From: Sarea resinae
Lineage: Eukaryota
Length of the DNA: 64,000 nucleotides
NCBI GenBank assembly: GCA_026026165.1
Contig: JAPEUD010000068.1
Span: 62,001-126,000 of the forward strand
Direction of reading: 5' to 3'
Below, piece by piece: positions 11,890-23,760 of the stretch (within the stretch, counting starts at the first letter, position 1; every line of letters begins with the position of its first letter). The notes under the pieces were generated by a model. The model was not told the origin of the DNA and made no database searches. It saw only the letters and a list, made by a program, of their open reading frames with translations. The translations under genes were made by a program, and so were the position numbers.

Positions 11890-12722
11890 ATAAACAAACC
11901 CCCACCCCCAACATTCTCTTTCAGCGCGCTCCAGGGTGGGGGGATTTGGGGGGTTGGGGGGGCTCCATGTCTTCCTCTTCCTTTTTTTCCCTTCCTAACC
12001 TGATTTGCTGCTGCTGCTGCTGCTGATGAAAATGATGTTAATCATTGCATTGGAGTGGATCGGGGTGGATTGGAATGTTGGGCTTGAGAAAAGGTTGATT
12101 GATGGATGTCACGCAGCGCTCTCCCTTTTTTGGAGGTTGGGGGGATGGTTTTTCTTGACCTCGGTGTTTCCTTTTTTTTTTTTCCTTTCAAAAAAGAAAG
12201 CTAAGAATGTCACCGCTGCCAAAACAAGCAAGCCAAGGCAACAAGAGAGCGAAAAAGAACCGAGATCAAAGCGAAGGGAGGGGAAGGGAAGAGCTTAGCA
12301 TAGCATAGCATAGCATATCATCCACATACCCATACTCACAGCGAGAAAGAAAAAGAGACCTGCATTGCCTACTACCTAGGTGCTTCGGCGGTGGTGAAGA
12401 AAAATAAAAGAAGAAGAGAAACGGACACCCGAAAACAAACACCGCAGACCAGAGAAAGACAGACCACGACGCCATCCCTTGCGGTCCCTGGCTAAGAACA
12501 CAGCCCAGCCCGGCCGATTCAATCAATCCCGCTATACCCCATGTGCTCCCTTCCCCAATCCCAATCCAAGGAACCGATAGTAGAAAGAATATGAAAGAGT
12601 GAAAGTACAAAGCCACCGTTCCCGGACCGCCGTTCTTACATCCCCAGAAAGTCCCTCCGAACCTCAAGATAAGCCAAGCGAAGAGCTCGGGGTCAGGTCC
12701 TTCAAGAAATAGAGATCCAACC

Positions 12723-15700
12723 CTACACATCACCTGTGCATTTCTCGGCAACGGCCGCACCTCCATTCACTTCGCGTGCCTGCTGCTGCTGTTGCGGCTC
12801 TCTTTTGACATGCTTATAGCGGTACTTCTGCCGCTGGCCGGGCTCAGGGGTCCCGCACTCGCGACGGCCCCACTCATGCATCAGCATCCTACCCATGAGA
12901 TCATTCTCGTCCTGAAGAGTCTTGTAGGCGGGTCCGAACGACTGGGGTGGTTTGGGGTTCGTGGCAGCACCACTAAGATGATAGGATTGCGCTCGGTGGT
13001 GAGAAGAGGCCTCGTGGTCACGAGATTTCTTCGTCTTTTCCTTTTCCAGCTCGTCGAGCTTGGCTTGGCGGTCCCGCCGCATCTTCCGATTTTCTTCTTC
13101 GGTCTTCTTCTGCGCGGCTTCGAGCTCCGATATCTTCTTCTCCTTGGCGCTCTCGAGCTCTGCAATCTTCTTGTTCTCCCGCTCCAGAAGCTCGATCTTG
13201 GCCATGTGGTCTTGCTGTAATTCTTGCAGCTCGTCGGTTCGCCTCTTTTCGTTTTGCAGCTCCTCGATCTTGGCCTGGTGTTCCTGCTGCACCTTCTCGG
13301 TTTGCTTCTGCATCTTCTCGGTTTGCTTCTGCATCTTCTTGTTGGCGACTTCGAGCTCTTGGATCTTCCTGCCATCCTGCTTTAGCTCCTGGATTGTCGT
13401 CTTGTGGTCTTGCTGCATCGCCTGATGTTGCTCGTGCATCGTCTTGTTCGAGGCTTCTAGTTGCTGGATTTTCTCTTGGAGAATTGCGAGATCTGGATTT
13501 TGTTTCGGCTCGTTCATCTTTTTGGTTGAAGCTTCTGTTTGCCGGAGCTCTTTTTGGACGGATTTGATGTCTGTTGGTTGCTGCTGTGTTGACGGTTTAG
13601 AAGTGGTGGTGGCAGCTCGAAGGATTTGGTCTTTATTTTGCTGTTTGTTTCGAGGAGCACTTGAAGTAACAGCAGCTCGGTCAACTGCATCTCGATTTTG
13701 CTGTTTGCTTAGGTTTCGGGATTGCAGGGGAAGGGCTTTCTCGAATGAGAAATCTCCGCTTCGCATCTGCATTGCCATGAAGCAGGCCTCTTCGTCCTCT
13801 CTTGCCAAGGTCGCATAGCGACAAGCAGTGTCCGGATCAAGATCAGGCCGGAAGGATGCGGGTTTGAAAGCCCTTGGGGTTGTAATGGTCGTTGAGGTGG
13901 AACTAGGCGCAGTAGGAGTGGCCTGACACATCGAGGGGGGTGAAGTGGTGGATGGAGACGACCTATGCTTTCGCGGTCGCTCGCTCTCTTTCACCGCGCC
14001 CTTCTCCCCTTTTCCTGTCTGTTTGGGCGTCTCCTTGTCGCTTGATGCATCCTCAAAACGAACTCCCCTTACTCGCTTTAGCATGGCCATGCCCTGCTCC
14101 AATTGCTGCATCCGCTCATCCCTCTTCTGCGATTGTTGGGTGAGAGTCTGGATTCGCGCGTCTCTCCTCTGAACAAGCTCAGTAATCTTCTTCATTGCCT
14201 CTGAGTGGTTGCGCTTCATCACGGAAAGCTCTTCATCGTGCTTCTTGTGTATCTCTTGGATCTCCTCAGCATGCTTGTGCACAATCTTCTCTTCACGCTT
14301 TTTCATGCCCTCGCCGACCTTTAGCATTGTCTTTTTCAACTTGCCTATCTCCTCCTCGTGGGACTTTTTCAAACCTTCAAGCTCATGTTTATGCTGCTCT
14401 TCAACCTGGTCCCGGCCCTCCTTTTGTGAACTGGTCTTGGTCGGATGTGAATCGGTATCGTTATTAATCATCTCGAATTGTTGCTTCAGAGTGATGTAAT
14501 CACGAGTAGATTCATCAAGCGCCTTCCTCAGGCTATCTGCTTCAGAGATAGCCTTGTCCAGCGCCTCTTGGGTAATCTTGTCATCAGCCTCGTTTTCTTC
14601 AAGCTTTATTTGCTGTTCTTCGCATTCCTTCTCCGTCGAGCGCAGGACGCGGTTGACCTCTTCGAGATCCCGCTTAGCTTTCGCATATTCGCTGTTCAAG
14701 AGAGTGATTTGGGTGACGTATTTGTGCTCGGCCATGGTCTGCTCGGCTTCCAGACCAACGTATTTGGACGCTGTTTCGGCCTTTGACTGCTCCAGATCTT
14801 GCCGCAAGCCATCGATCTCCTGAGCGGCTTTTGCCGACTTCTCTGCAGCTTGTGCGCGTGTGTCGACGAGTTCCTGTTTCAGAGCCCGCAGCTCGGCAGA
14901 ATGCTTATCATTTTCTGCCTTGAGGCTTTCGAACTCTTCTCTAGAATGGTCGTTGTTCACAGCGTTTGTATGCGAGTCGACACGTTCTTGCCTCAGCACC
15001 TGCAGCTCCGTAAGATGCTTGTCCGCTTCCGCTTTGACTACTTTGAGCTCTTCTTGGGTATGGTCCTGATCGGAATGAAGTTGATCGATGGTGGCCTTCG
15101 CATTCCGAACGGCTTCTTCAGAGTCTGCTTTGATTGCAGCGCTTTCCTGCTGAATCAATTCCGAATGCGCTTTGAGGATGTTAGCGTCCGAAGCAGATCG
15201 CTGTAAAGCCTTTGCCTCTTCTTCCATTCGCTTCGCCCTCTGGAAGGCCCGCTGCTCGGCCTCCTCAGCCCTCCGCAGTCTACTCTTCATCTCTTCGACT
15301 TCACTCTCTAAAGTTGCGATCTCGCGTTGTTTGAGACCGGCGGAATGAGCGTCGGATCGATTCCTCTCACGTTCTTCATGAAGCTCCTTTCGAGAAGTCT
15401 CCAATTCATGGGTAGTAGCCTCCAGGGATCTTCTCAGTTCCCCAATCTCCGCGTCTCTCTTCTCCAACTGGGTCTCTTGGTCTCTACGTGCCTTTCGCAC
15501 TTCTTCGCTGTCGCGCTCGCGTTTGCTACGAAGATCTTGTAGTTCCTGCTGAAGCGCAAGGATCAGAGGTTTGATATCCTCGCGCTCGCCTGAGGCCCGG
15601 TGCCCGTCTCTTCCAGCCACTTGCGTCCTCGTTCGCGTTGTCGAAGATCGCTCCGGAGAAGGCGTAGATACACTTGAGGCCTTGTCTGAGCCAGCAGGTG

Positions 15701-16160
15701 ATGGTGTCGAATGAGGACGATGGCCAGCGTTCGCGCCAGGTGTCGATGTGCTGAGAGGCGTAAAGGAGCTCTCCTCTACAAAGTGCTCGGTCACTTCGTC
15801 TTCGACGGTAGGCGGAGGCGGATGGTCGTCGACCGTGGCTCGCGTCTCTTGTCTCTGAATGGCGCCCCTCATCCACTTTTCCATGTTCAAGGTGAAGTCG
15901 CTGGGCCCATCCTCGCCGTCACCTCCAACCTCATAAGGATGGGATGGCATTCGTTCAGTACTCGTATCAGAGTGGGTATCGCGTCCAGTGTTGTAGTTCA
16001 GCATGCTCCCTTCATTGCTACCGATAGTGTCTGTAGACCGGGCGCGTTGAAGGTGTCGAGTTGCACCGTAGAGACCGTTCACGTTCTGGCCGTTGGGTGT
16101 TGGCGATGGAGGGCCCGAAGAGAGAGGGCTCGAGACGCGGTTCTCGTTGTCGTCCTCCAT
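12723..16160 (-). CDS. Long coiled-coil protein, possibly spindle-pole-body associated (SnaD-like)
   Basis: 1145-codon ORF with E/K/Q/L heptad-rich body. N-terminal SDFTLNMEKWMRG and C-terminal LMHEWGRRECG...YRYKH motifs resemble Aspergillus SnaD-type proteins from memory; the product call is weak. Confidence 0.8.
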   Translation of the reverse strand: MEDDNENRVSSPLSSGPPSPTPNGQNVNGLYGATRHLQRARSTDTIGSNEGSMLNYNTGRDTHSDTSTERMPSHPYEVGGDGEDGPSDFTLNMEKWMRGAIQRQETRATVDDHPPPPTVEDEVTEHFVEESSFTPLSTSTPGANAGHRPHSTPSPAGSDKASSVSTPSPERSSTTRTRTQVAGRDGHRASGEREDIKPLILALQQELQDLRSKRERDSEEVRKARRDQETQLEKRDAEIGELRRSLEATTHELETSRKELHEERERNRSDAHSAGLKQREIATLESEVEEMKSRLRRAEEAEQRAFQRAKRMEEEAKALQRSASDANILKAHSELIQQESAAIKADSEEAVRNAKATIDQLHSDQDHTQEELKVVKAEADKHLTELQVLRQERVDSHTNAVNNDHSREEFESLKAENDKHSAELRALKQELVDTRAQAAEKSAKAAQEIDGLRQDLEQSKAETASKYVGLEAEQTMAEHKYVTQITLLNSEYAKAKRDLEEVNRVLRSTEKECEEQQIKLEENEADDKITQEALDKAISEADSLRKALDESTRDYITLKQQFEMINNDTDSHPTKTSSQKEGRDQVEEQHKHELEGLKKSHEEEIGKLKKTMLKVGEGMKKREEKIVHKHAEEIQEIHKKHDEELSVMKRNHSEAMKKITELVQRRDARIQTLTQQSQKRDERMQQLEQGMAMLKRVRGVRFEDASSDKETPKQTGKGEKGAVKESERPRKHRSSPSTTSPPSMCQATPTAPSSTSTTITTPRAFKPASFRPDLDPDTACRYATLAREDEEACFMAMQMRSGDFSFEKALPLQSRNLSKQQNRDAVDRAAVTSSAPRNKQQNKDQILRAATTTSKPSTQQQPTDIKSVQKELRQTEASTKKMNEPKQNPDLAILQEKIQQLEASNKTMHEQHQAMQQDHKTTIQELKQDGRKIQELEVANKKMQKQTEKMQKQTEKVQQEHQAKIEELQNEKRRTDELQELQQDHMAKIELLERENKKIAELESAKEKKISELEAAQKKTEEENRKMRRDRQAKLDELEKEKTKKSRDHEASSHHRAQSYHLSGAATNPKPPQSFGPAYKTLQDENDLMGRMLMHEWGRRECGTPEPGQRQKYRYKHVKREPQQQQQAREVNGGAAVAEKCTGDV

Positions 16161-17388
16161 GGCTGCCCACCGATGATGTTTTGTTGTTGGTTGTCGGCTG
16201 GTTCTACCATTGATTGTTTACTTTCTGGTCGCTAAGGTATGGAAGTCGCGATGCAGGACATCACGAACAGGCTTAGTCATCCACGATCGTCTCAGGTGTG
16301 CGAAGGACGAAGAACCGGTACTTCGTCGTCCGTACCTGGAGGTAGAGACCGTCCTCGTCCATATTGTTGAATATCATCAATTTCGTCAATATCATCACGA
16401 GCATCGAGGATCAACACCACATCTTTACCGATTCTCGGATGATGACAATCTCATTCAGGCGAAGGCATCAAAGTCTCCCCCTCTACTCGGAGATAGCTCA
16501 CACTCAATTCTGGTGATGGGGACCACCTGCCGCTCCAGCCAAACAGCACTCCTTTTCTCCGGTCTAGAGTACGAAGTATCGCCGCCGGTACAGCGTCGAG
16601 GTCCGAGAGGGCCCTTTCGCGGACAGCAGACAAGACGCGGTTCATATCACCATCACCATCACCATCGCCATCCTCCGCGATCGACATGGCAGATACGCCA
16701 CTGTCGACATGCTCCCCCGTCGGAACCGTCCGTTCGTGCACGACGATCACGATCGGCCGATGCACGGATGCAAGGAGGTTGCTGGACGGGACAGCAGAAG
16801 AGGACAGCAATTTGCTACTCCTGTACCCCGGAGTGAGGTACCTGCCCTTGGCTGATGATGATCTCAGCCTGCCAGACTCATCGTTGCTGACCTCCACTAC
16901 CTTACTACCTTACTGTACCGTGCTTTGCCATTGGATTTGGCCACGGCTTATCAGCATGGCCAGCATCATCGCAGACCCCACCACTCCCTGTTCCAATAAC
17001 CTTTCTTTGCTCCGCTCTTTATCTGCATATCTGCATCGACAGCAGCAGCGCAGCGGCCACGCGAGACTTGCAACCATGTACCGGATGGCGACCCGGCACT
17101 GGATCATTAGGGCGCTGTTAGGCGCATCGCCGACGCCACCGTAGCGCACAAATGCACAAAAGACTCATTTTGATTAGCTGCACTGATTAGCAACAGCAGA
17201 AGCGAGAGATAAGGGTTCTGGCACAAGCGCCTCCACCGAATCGTCTTTTTCGCTTCCAAGCCGCAGGGCCCGCCCTGTCGAGGCCGTCCTTGGCTTTTAT
17301 ATATGCCCAGCGCTCCTGGCTGCTCGTTGCATGCTCAGTTGGAGTCCGGCAATCCTGCTCGTTGCAATTCAATGACACTCACCAGCAC

Positions 17389-17465
17389 GCGGAGACTTTC
17401 GCAAATCCGTCTCCGCTTCGGGTCCCGCTCAGTCTCCGCCTAGAGTCTCCGCCTAGAGTCTCCGC
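17389..17465. promoter_or_regulatory. Five GTCTCCGC/GCGGAGAC octamers upstream of the MFS gene
   Basis: 17389-17396 (inverted), 17409-17416, 17432-17439, 17445-17452, 17458-17465. The last three form a 13-bp tandem repeat. GCGGAG fits the CreA/Mig1 SYGGRG consensus. Confidence 0.45.
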
Positions 17466-17585
17466 CAACTGCGGTACTAGCTGCGGCGTTACTCCCCCCA
17501 CTATTTCGCGCAAATTTCATTCCGGCTTTGCTCTCTCCCCTCAGAAGCCGCCGCGCTGCGATTCGAAACACTTTCTGGCACGACT

Positions 17586-19246
17586 ATGGCAACTACGAAG
17601 TTGACGCCCGAAGAGAGTCCTTCCTCTCTGGAAGAAAAACGCGACGAAGCAGACGCCGAGGCTCTCACAAAGCCCAAGGCCATCAACACAATCGCGGTGC
17701 TGGATTTGGTCAAGGAACGCGATGTCGACCATCCCATACACTGGTCGGCGCTGAAGAAATGGCCGATCATAATCATCTATTGTCTGCTGCAGACATTCGT
17801 GACCATCCTCAGCACCAGCTACGTCTCGTTCGAGTGGCTCATCCAGAGCAAATTTGGTGGATCCACACAGGTTGTGACATTGGGACAGTCGCTATTCATC
17901 GTCGGGACCGCGATTGGACCGGCATTCCTGGGGCCGCTGTCGTGAGTATATCATCGTAGATGCTCCAGATGATAGTCTTTGACTGTTAGCTAGTGACCTT
18001 GGGGGCCGCAAATGGATCTATGTTGTGGCAATCTTCATCTATGCGCTAGTCAATATTGTGCGTTCATCTACCGGCTTTATGATATACTCTGCTAATCTGA
18101 TCAGGGCTGTGCGCTTGCTCTGAACCTTCCCATGCTCATCATCTTCATGTTCCTTGCTGGCACGTCCGGCAGCGTCGCCTTATCCAACGTCGCGGGAACC
18201 ATCGCGGATCTGTTTGGGGACGCGGATAATGCAGGTCAAGCAATGGCTCTCTTCGTTTGCAGCGCCAACATTGGCCCTTCACTCGGCTCTCCCATTGGCG
18301 AGTGGATTGCAGACAACCCGAACATGGGATTTCCGTGGGAATATTGGATCAAGTACGCCTATTGTGCTCCCTTTGCTTGACCGGCAGATGTTAATATACG
18401 TGAATCAGTGTCATCATTGGCGGCACGTTCGCCTTTGTCATGTGTTTCATCCCCGAAACTCTCCCTCGCGTTGTGATCTCGCGCGCAGTCAAAAAACGTC
18501 AAGCCGCCGACCCAGACGAAGTGGCAATCGCAGAGACAAAAGTGGATGTTGTGCACGAAATCCGCTTCGTCACCACCATGGCTTTCCGCATGCTTTTCAC
18601 TGAGCCGATCGTCATGTTTCTAGGTGTCTTCAACGGATTCGCCTACGGCCTGATCTTCCTGTACCTCGACGGCGTCTTTGATGTTTTCGTCATCAACAAC
18701 GGCCTATCGGACATTGGCGCCGACCTGACGTACCTCGACATCGCTGTCGGCGTCGTCATCATGTTCTTCTTCGTGCCCGTGCAAACCTATCTATACACGC
18801 GCGATAAAAGAAGACGAGGCGGCAAGGGTCGGCCCGAAGCTCGGTTCCTGACCTCGCTCGTCTGTGTCTGGGGGTTCCCCATCAGCCTCCTCTGGTTCGC
18901 CTTCACCAGCATGGGCAACACATCTTACTGGTCCCCCGTCATCGCGGGCGGTCTACTCGGCTTCTCGGACACCCTGCTCTGGCTCAGCATGCTCAATTAC
19001 CTCACCGATTCGTATTACCATGTGGCCGCGTCCGCCGTCGCGGCATTCCTAATCCCGTCGTTCTTGCTCGCGGCCGGCTTCGCCCACATCGGCATCGTCA
19101 TGTTCGACAACATGAGCTCCCGGTGGGCCATGGCCACCCTGGGATTCGTCTCGCTCGGCCTATGCGCCTTGGTCAATATCCTGTACTTTTTCGGCCCCAA
19201 GATCCGCGCCCGGTCGAAGCTGGCCAAGACTTCGTACGAAAACTGA
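17586..19246 (+). CDS. MFS transporter, drug:H+ antiporter-1 (DHA1, Tpo/Flr-like)
   Basis: P-x-x-W start motif, GPLSDLGGRK, AGTIADLF, GPSLGSPIG, PETL, PEARF, NYLTDSY; introns 17942-17993, 18058-18104, 18353-18408. Confidence 0.93.
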
Positions 19247-21016
19247 GCTGGATGTCCGTCTGTGCGTCTTTTCCCTTCTCTGTGTGTGTATATTGGTGGA
19301 GTCTTGGGCCGGCCGATAGGAGGGCGGGGATTTGGTCTTATCGGTATTGGTTGTTATAATTTGGGCGTGTATGTCCAGGTCGAAGTCCTTTCTGTCGTGG
19401 AGAGGCTCCCTTTCTCTGAGGTGCATATCATCTCCAATTCCCCTTGCGTGGATTCGGGGCAAGCAGGGGATAAAATGTGCTATCATCAATATTCTCACCA
19501 TCACTCTTTACTATACATATCCCTTGTTCTATAGTTTGAACGATTGAAACCATAGGACCAGAAATAGTCTACTACCTCCAGAGTCTGGTACGTAAGAATT
19601 CCTGGGATAAAACCAATATCCAAAGCCACGAGCCACGAGCCACAATGGCATTCTTCGTTGATTCTTATTCGAAAGGTGATACCATATAACATCTCCTTCC
19701 AATCTATGTCTGCTTACGTAGTGTTAGCGTGATTTTCCCGTTCTAGTTAGACTTGCGAGTGTTGTTTACTCATACTCATACTCGGGAGTATATACCAGGT
19801 CTCCACCACTCACCTAAGGTATTGTACGCAAGTACAACACGGTACTATGAAGTATGTATGCATTATTTACGTACGTAGTAGTGAGGTGCGCTGGAAGCAG
19901 TTAAGCAGTTAAGCAGTAAGCAATAAGTAAGGTAGGTAGGTAGTCAGCAGTAAGAAGGCCTGAAACGATCAGCTTCGCCAGCGGGGGGGGGGGGGGCGGA
20001 GCTGAAGTATTAGAGTATTCGTACTCTACCTGCCTGCCTACTGTATCTACCTACTTGGGTACCTGTGTACGCACGGATTGACCGATTGATCGATTGACCG
20101 ATTGATTACTCTAGTAGAGTATGGATGAGTCGTGCCGTTCAGAACGAGCCATCTCGCCCAAGGCTACAGTAGGTAGGTACCTAGGTACCTTACCTTAGTG
20201 CTTCCCATACATACCTTCGGTGGTAGCAATAATCATCGGCGGCAAACATGTAGTACGATATCTTCGAACGAACCAACAACGCAGGATACTGAGGTGCTCC
20301 AAGGTTTCGATATCCACGAGGTGATCAGCATTATTGAATTTGCTTACGACTTACGTACTACTAGGTAGTGAAGGGGAGTCCTGACGAAGACACTACTCGG
20401 AGTACTCATTCTGAAAAGCACGACTCTTGTTATTTACAGGGGCGGAGCTCGTTCGTCAATTAAGTGAAGCGCCATGATTACTTACCTCTTCGGGTTATTG
20501 TTGCGAAGCTTCAATCTGCGGCGGGGATCCTACGTGGGTACTAGAGTACTAGTAGCGTAGGGGAATTTGGGCGAAGACACTTGTTCTGTGAGCGGCATCA
20601 AGTGTTGGAAAGCGCCATGATTGCCTCTTCGGGCCATGGTTGCGAAGAGCAGCGACTGCGGCAGGGACCCAATGTGTATATAACGGCCCTGATCGGACGT
20701 GATGGCCTTCAGACATTTCGAGTGATTAGATATATCGAGCTCGATTGTTTTATTTTTCACAGCCTCACTATTTTGCCTTACTCACACAGACTTACTACTT
20801 TGCCTTACTCTGTAATAAATCTTTTTGTTTTTTGGTCTTTGAAAGAGCCAACTCCCTTTCCTCTCGAAGATATCTATACGTCCTCTACTGGGGAGTGAAC
20901 AATCGACCAACACCAGATAGGCCCTGGTACCATCATTTCCCACTATCATCATCACGACCAAAATCCACCAACACGAAATTTCCAATCAAACAAAGAGCCG
21001 GCAGATATCAGACACG

Positions 21017-21529
21017 ATGATCATCTTCGCCATCTACAAGGGAATCAAGCACCAGCGCGAGAAGAAAGCCGCCAAGGCCGGATCCGACTTCAGGACCTCT
21101 CAAGCCAATCCCCACAACGCAAAGGCAAAGCCAAGGCAGCAGAAGAGCCGCCTCGGTCGCTGCCAGGATCGCTCTGCCCATCGTCATCACGGCCGCTCCG
21201 GTTCTTGCTCCAGCTACTCGTCATGGTCGTCTCGTTCCCCTTCGCCTTCGCAGGCTGCAGCGATTGGGCTAAGAGCAGGGACGCATTCGCAGACGCTCGG
21301 CATAACGAGGAGACAGGAGGGTGCACCGTTGCCTGTGTCTGATTACGCGAGCGAGCAGAAAATGGTGCAGCCTCGGCAGGTCGGGGCCGCGAGAGGCTTG
21401 AATGACTTGGCGGACGCCAGTGAAAATCCCTTTGTTGCTCGCGGTGAGCTGGAACTGGCACAGTATCATGCGGTGGCCGGTGGGAAGGAAGATGTGCCTG
21501 CGCCCCCTTATGCAGCTGCGAAGCGCTGA
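21017..21529 (+). CDS. Small hypothetical protein (hydrophobic/basic N-terminus, PPPY near the C-terminus)
   Basis: 170-codon ATG ORF in good context after a C/A-rich leader. Ends APPYAAAKR (PPxY-like). Confidence 0.55.
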   Translation: MIIFAIYKGIKHQREKKAAKAGSDFRTSQANPHNAKAKPRQQKSRLGRCQDRSAHRHHGRSGSCSSYSSWSSRSPSPSQAAAIGLRAGTHSQTLGITRRQEGAPLPVSDYASEQKMVQPRQVGAARGLNDLADASENPFVARGELELAQYHAVAGGKEDVPAPPYAAAKR

Positions 21530-22023
21530 TGCTCAGCTGTCGGCATCGGGAGGGACGAATCAGGGGCTGATGTTTAGCTCTTATGGATTGATGTGTGAAG
21601 CGTCTGAGCTCTTGAGTGTGGTTGTTGTTGTTGTTCTTGAGAGGGATTTTATATAAAGCAAGGGGGGCTTTTGCTTTTTTGGCCTTGTTGCGTCGGCGTT
21701 CCTGCTTCTCGCTCAACTGCTAACACGAACATGATGTTATTGTATGTGATATTGGACTCTCGATTGAAAGTGATAGAACGGAGTCGTCCTTCCACATATT
21801 CGCTATCGATTGATCGAGCACGAGATGTATGGGAATGAATTCCATACAAGACAAATCCCGTTTCCCATGCATTGCTTTGGCATATCCTAGAGCTCGATGC
21901 CAATCGTATTCCCAAATGCCCAAGAACCATTTTGGAGTCGCAATTCTCCACGACATCTGATCCCATAAAGTCTCCATTGGCTATGCTATCGGATGTGGTA
22001 ATGAAGATGCGCTCAAATACCAA

Positions 22024-23760
22024 TTACTGCGCGGGCTTGGACATCTTCCTCACCAGACCGGCTGATAGCACGTTGACTCCCGCCTCGGATGAGGTAGGTA
22101 TCCGCGCCGCTGGGTCCCCAACCTTGGGTTTCTTTCTAACCAAACCAGCACCTAGAATATTTGCAACAGGTTCGGCGCTAGCTCGGGTGTTAGTGGTGCT
22201 GTTCTTTCTTTTCTTGATGAGGCCCGCGTCTAAGCTCCTCACACCTGCGTCTGTAGGCTCGGATTTTTGTGCGTCGTGTTTCCTTTTACCCACAACAGTA
22301 CGACCCCACGCCGCACCGCCACCGGCCAGACCTGCAACCACAGCAACCTCATCGATCCATCGTTTGGAGCTTTGGAGTGAGATGGCTTCCGTGGCAAAGT
22401 CCAGACGAAGCAGCAGATCGTTAAGGCGCTTGTAGTCTTTCTCGGGAACGACAACCTCGCCACGGCTGCTAGGAGGCCAGAGGTAGTAGCTGGACTCTTT
22501 AAGTCTGTGTTTGGGATCTCTTCTCTGGAACGCTTGGCTGCTACCCTTAATTCGAGGTGAGCGCGGTTTGATGCGGCCTGTAAGCTTTTGTCCCTTCGCC
22601 CGGGAACTCTTGTCTCTAGCTGCGTTTTTTGCGGCCGCGTCATCCGTATCTCTCTTTGCCAGAGCCCGTTCAAGCATTGCCATCGCTTGGTCAGAATCGT
22701 ACTTCTTCGCAGTGCCTTTGGTTCCATTCCCGTTTTTCTGTTCCGGAGATCCATTGAAGGAATCGTGCGGCGTCACCACGACCCAAATGAATCCAACAAG
22801 CCGACCAGAGGAGCATTCTTGCCTAAAAGCCATCATATCCCAAAATTGTCTTAACGACCTGACACTCTTCCACTGGCCCGCGTCTTTACGCTTAGACGGG
22901 CTATCAGTTATTTTCTGAATTGCAGCTGCATCCGGTATCTCTTCATCTAATTCATCCAAGAATCGTGCTTTGGGATCGTCTGGGAAGTTGGGTATTAGGG
23001 ACCTCGTTGGTCCCGATCGCCAGTCAGAGATCTGTTCTAACGGATCACCAGAGCACCACCGATCCGTGTCCGACTCGTCGGTTTTGACGGAGGAAGGGAA
23101 GAATGATCTCGTCTCATATTTATCAAAGCCAGGAACCACTAGATACGCTTTTGCTTCGGTAGCCCTCTCAGCCGTTTTAGCGGAGGAAGATAGCAAATCC
23201 CATTCCTTGGCAGAGTAATGTAATCTCAAAACTGGATCCAGCACCCGACACCACCATTTGACCAAGCCCCGATCATCTAGAACATGTTTGCCGTTGTTTT
23301 CAATGCTACCCGGAAAAAGATATTGATCCTGAGCCCTTGCAAAGAGAGAAATAGTAAGTGGAACAGAAGGCCGTCGTCTCGTCTCAACGAGGTAGGACAA
23401 GAATGTAGCAGTGATTGTTTTCAGTGGTGAAGCAGACGTCTTCGGGGACTTGAGTAAATGTATATAGCCAGTTGAGTCGGCCTTTGAGACGAAAAGGGTT
23501 GTACGGTTGCGGGTGGTGTAGACCAGGACTTCGACAGCATACACGAGCAGCTTAATTGCATCAGAAGCATCCGGCGGCACGATCGCTACGGTGAGGAAGT
23601 GAGACTCGCAGAACGTCTTCTCCGGCTTTCTCCCCGGGGGAGCAGCGAAGATGGCGGCGCATCCGGTCGGCGGTGACGACAAGTGGTAGACCGTGATGGT
23701 TATGCCATCTGGAAGAGCGTTAGCGAGCCGTTCGGTCAGCGACGGTCGAGAAGAAGCCAT
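22024..23760 (-). CDS. RTT109: Histone H3K56 acetyltransferase
   Basis: FVSKADSTGY, SLFARAQDQYLFPGS..NKHVLDDRGLVKWW, IPNFPDDPKARFLDEL, FWDMMAFRQECSSG. Likely ATG at 23760 (MASSRPS), not the TTG-extended ORF start. Confidence 0.96.
   Translation of the reverse strand: MASSRPSLTERLANALPDGITITVYHLSSPPTGCAAIFAAPPGRKPEKTFCESHFLTVAIVPPDASDAIKLLVYAVEVLVYTTRNRTTLFVSKADSTGYIHLLKSPKTSASPLKTITATFLSYLVETRRRPSVPLTISLFARAQDQYLFPGSIENNGKHVLDDRGLVKWWCRVLDPVLRLHYSAKEWDLLSSSAKTAERATEAKAYLVVPGFDKYETRSFFPSSVKTDESDTDRWCSGDPLEQISDWRSGPTRSLIPNFPDDPKARFLDELDEEIPDAAAIQKITDSPSKRKDAGQWKSVRSLRQFWDMMAFRQECSSGRLVGFIWVVVTPHDSFNGSPEQKNGNGTKGTAKKYDSDQAMAMLERALAKRDTDDAAAKNAARDKSSRAKGQKLTGRIKPRSPRIKGSSQAFQRRDPKHRLKESSYYLWPPSSRGEVVVPEKDYKRLNDLLLRLDFATEAISLQSSKRWIDEVAVVAGLAGGGAAWGRTVVGKRKHDAQKSEPTDAGVRSLDAGLIKKRKNSTTNTRASAEPVANILGAGLVRKKPKVGDPAARIPTSSEAGVNVLSAGLVRKMSKPAQ

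Noticed and set aside
16210..17149. Overlapping 148-208-aa ORFs on both strands between the coiled-coil and MFS genes
   Set aside because: No recognisable domain or coherent splice model; could be a leader or relic, but unsupported.
6126..19246. Polyamine gene cluster (SPE2 plus Tpo-like MFS)
   Set aside because: 10 kb apart with unrelated genes between them; DHA1 substrate cannot be inferred from sequence.
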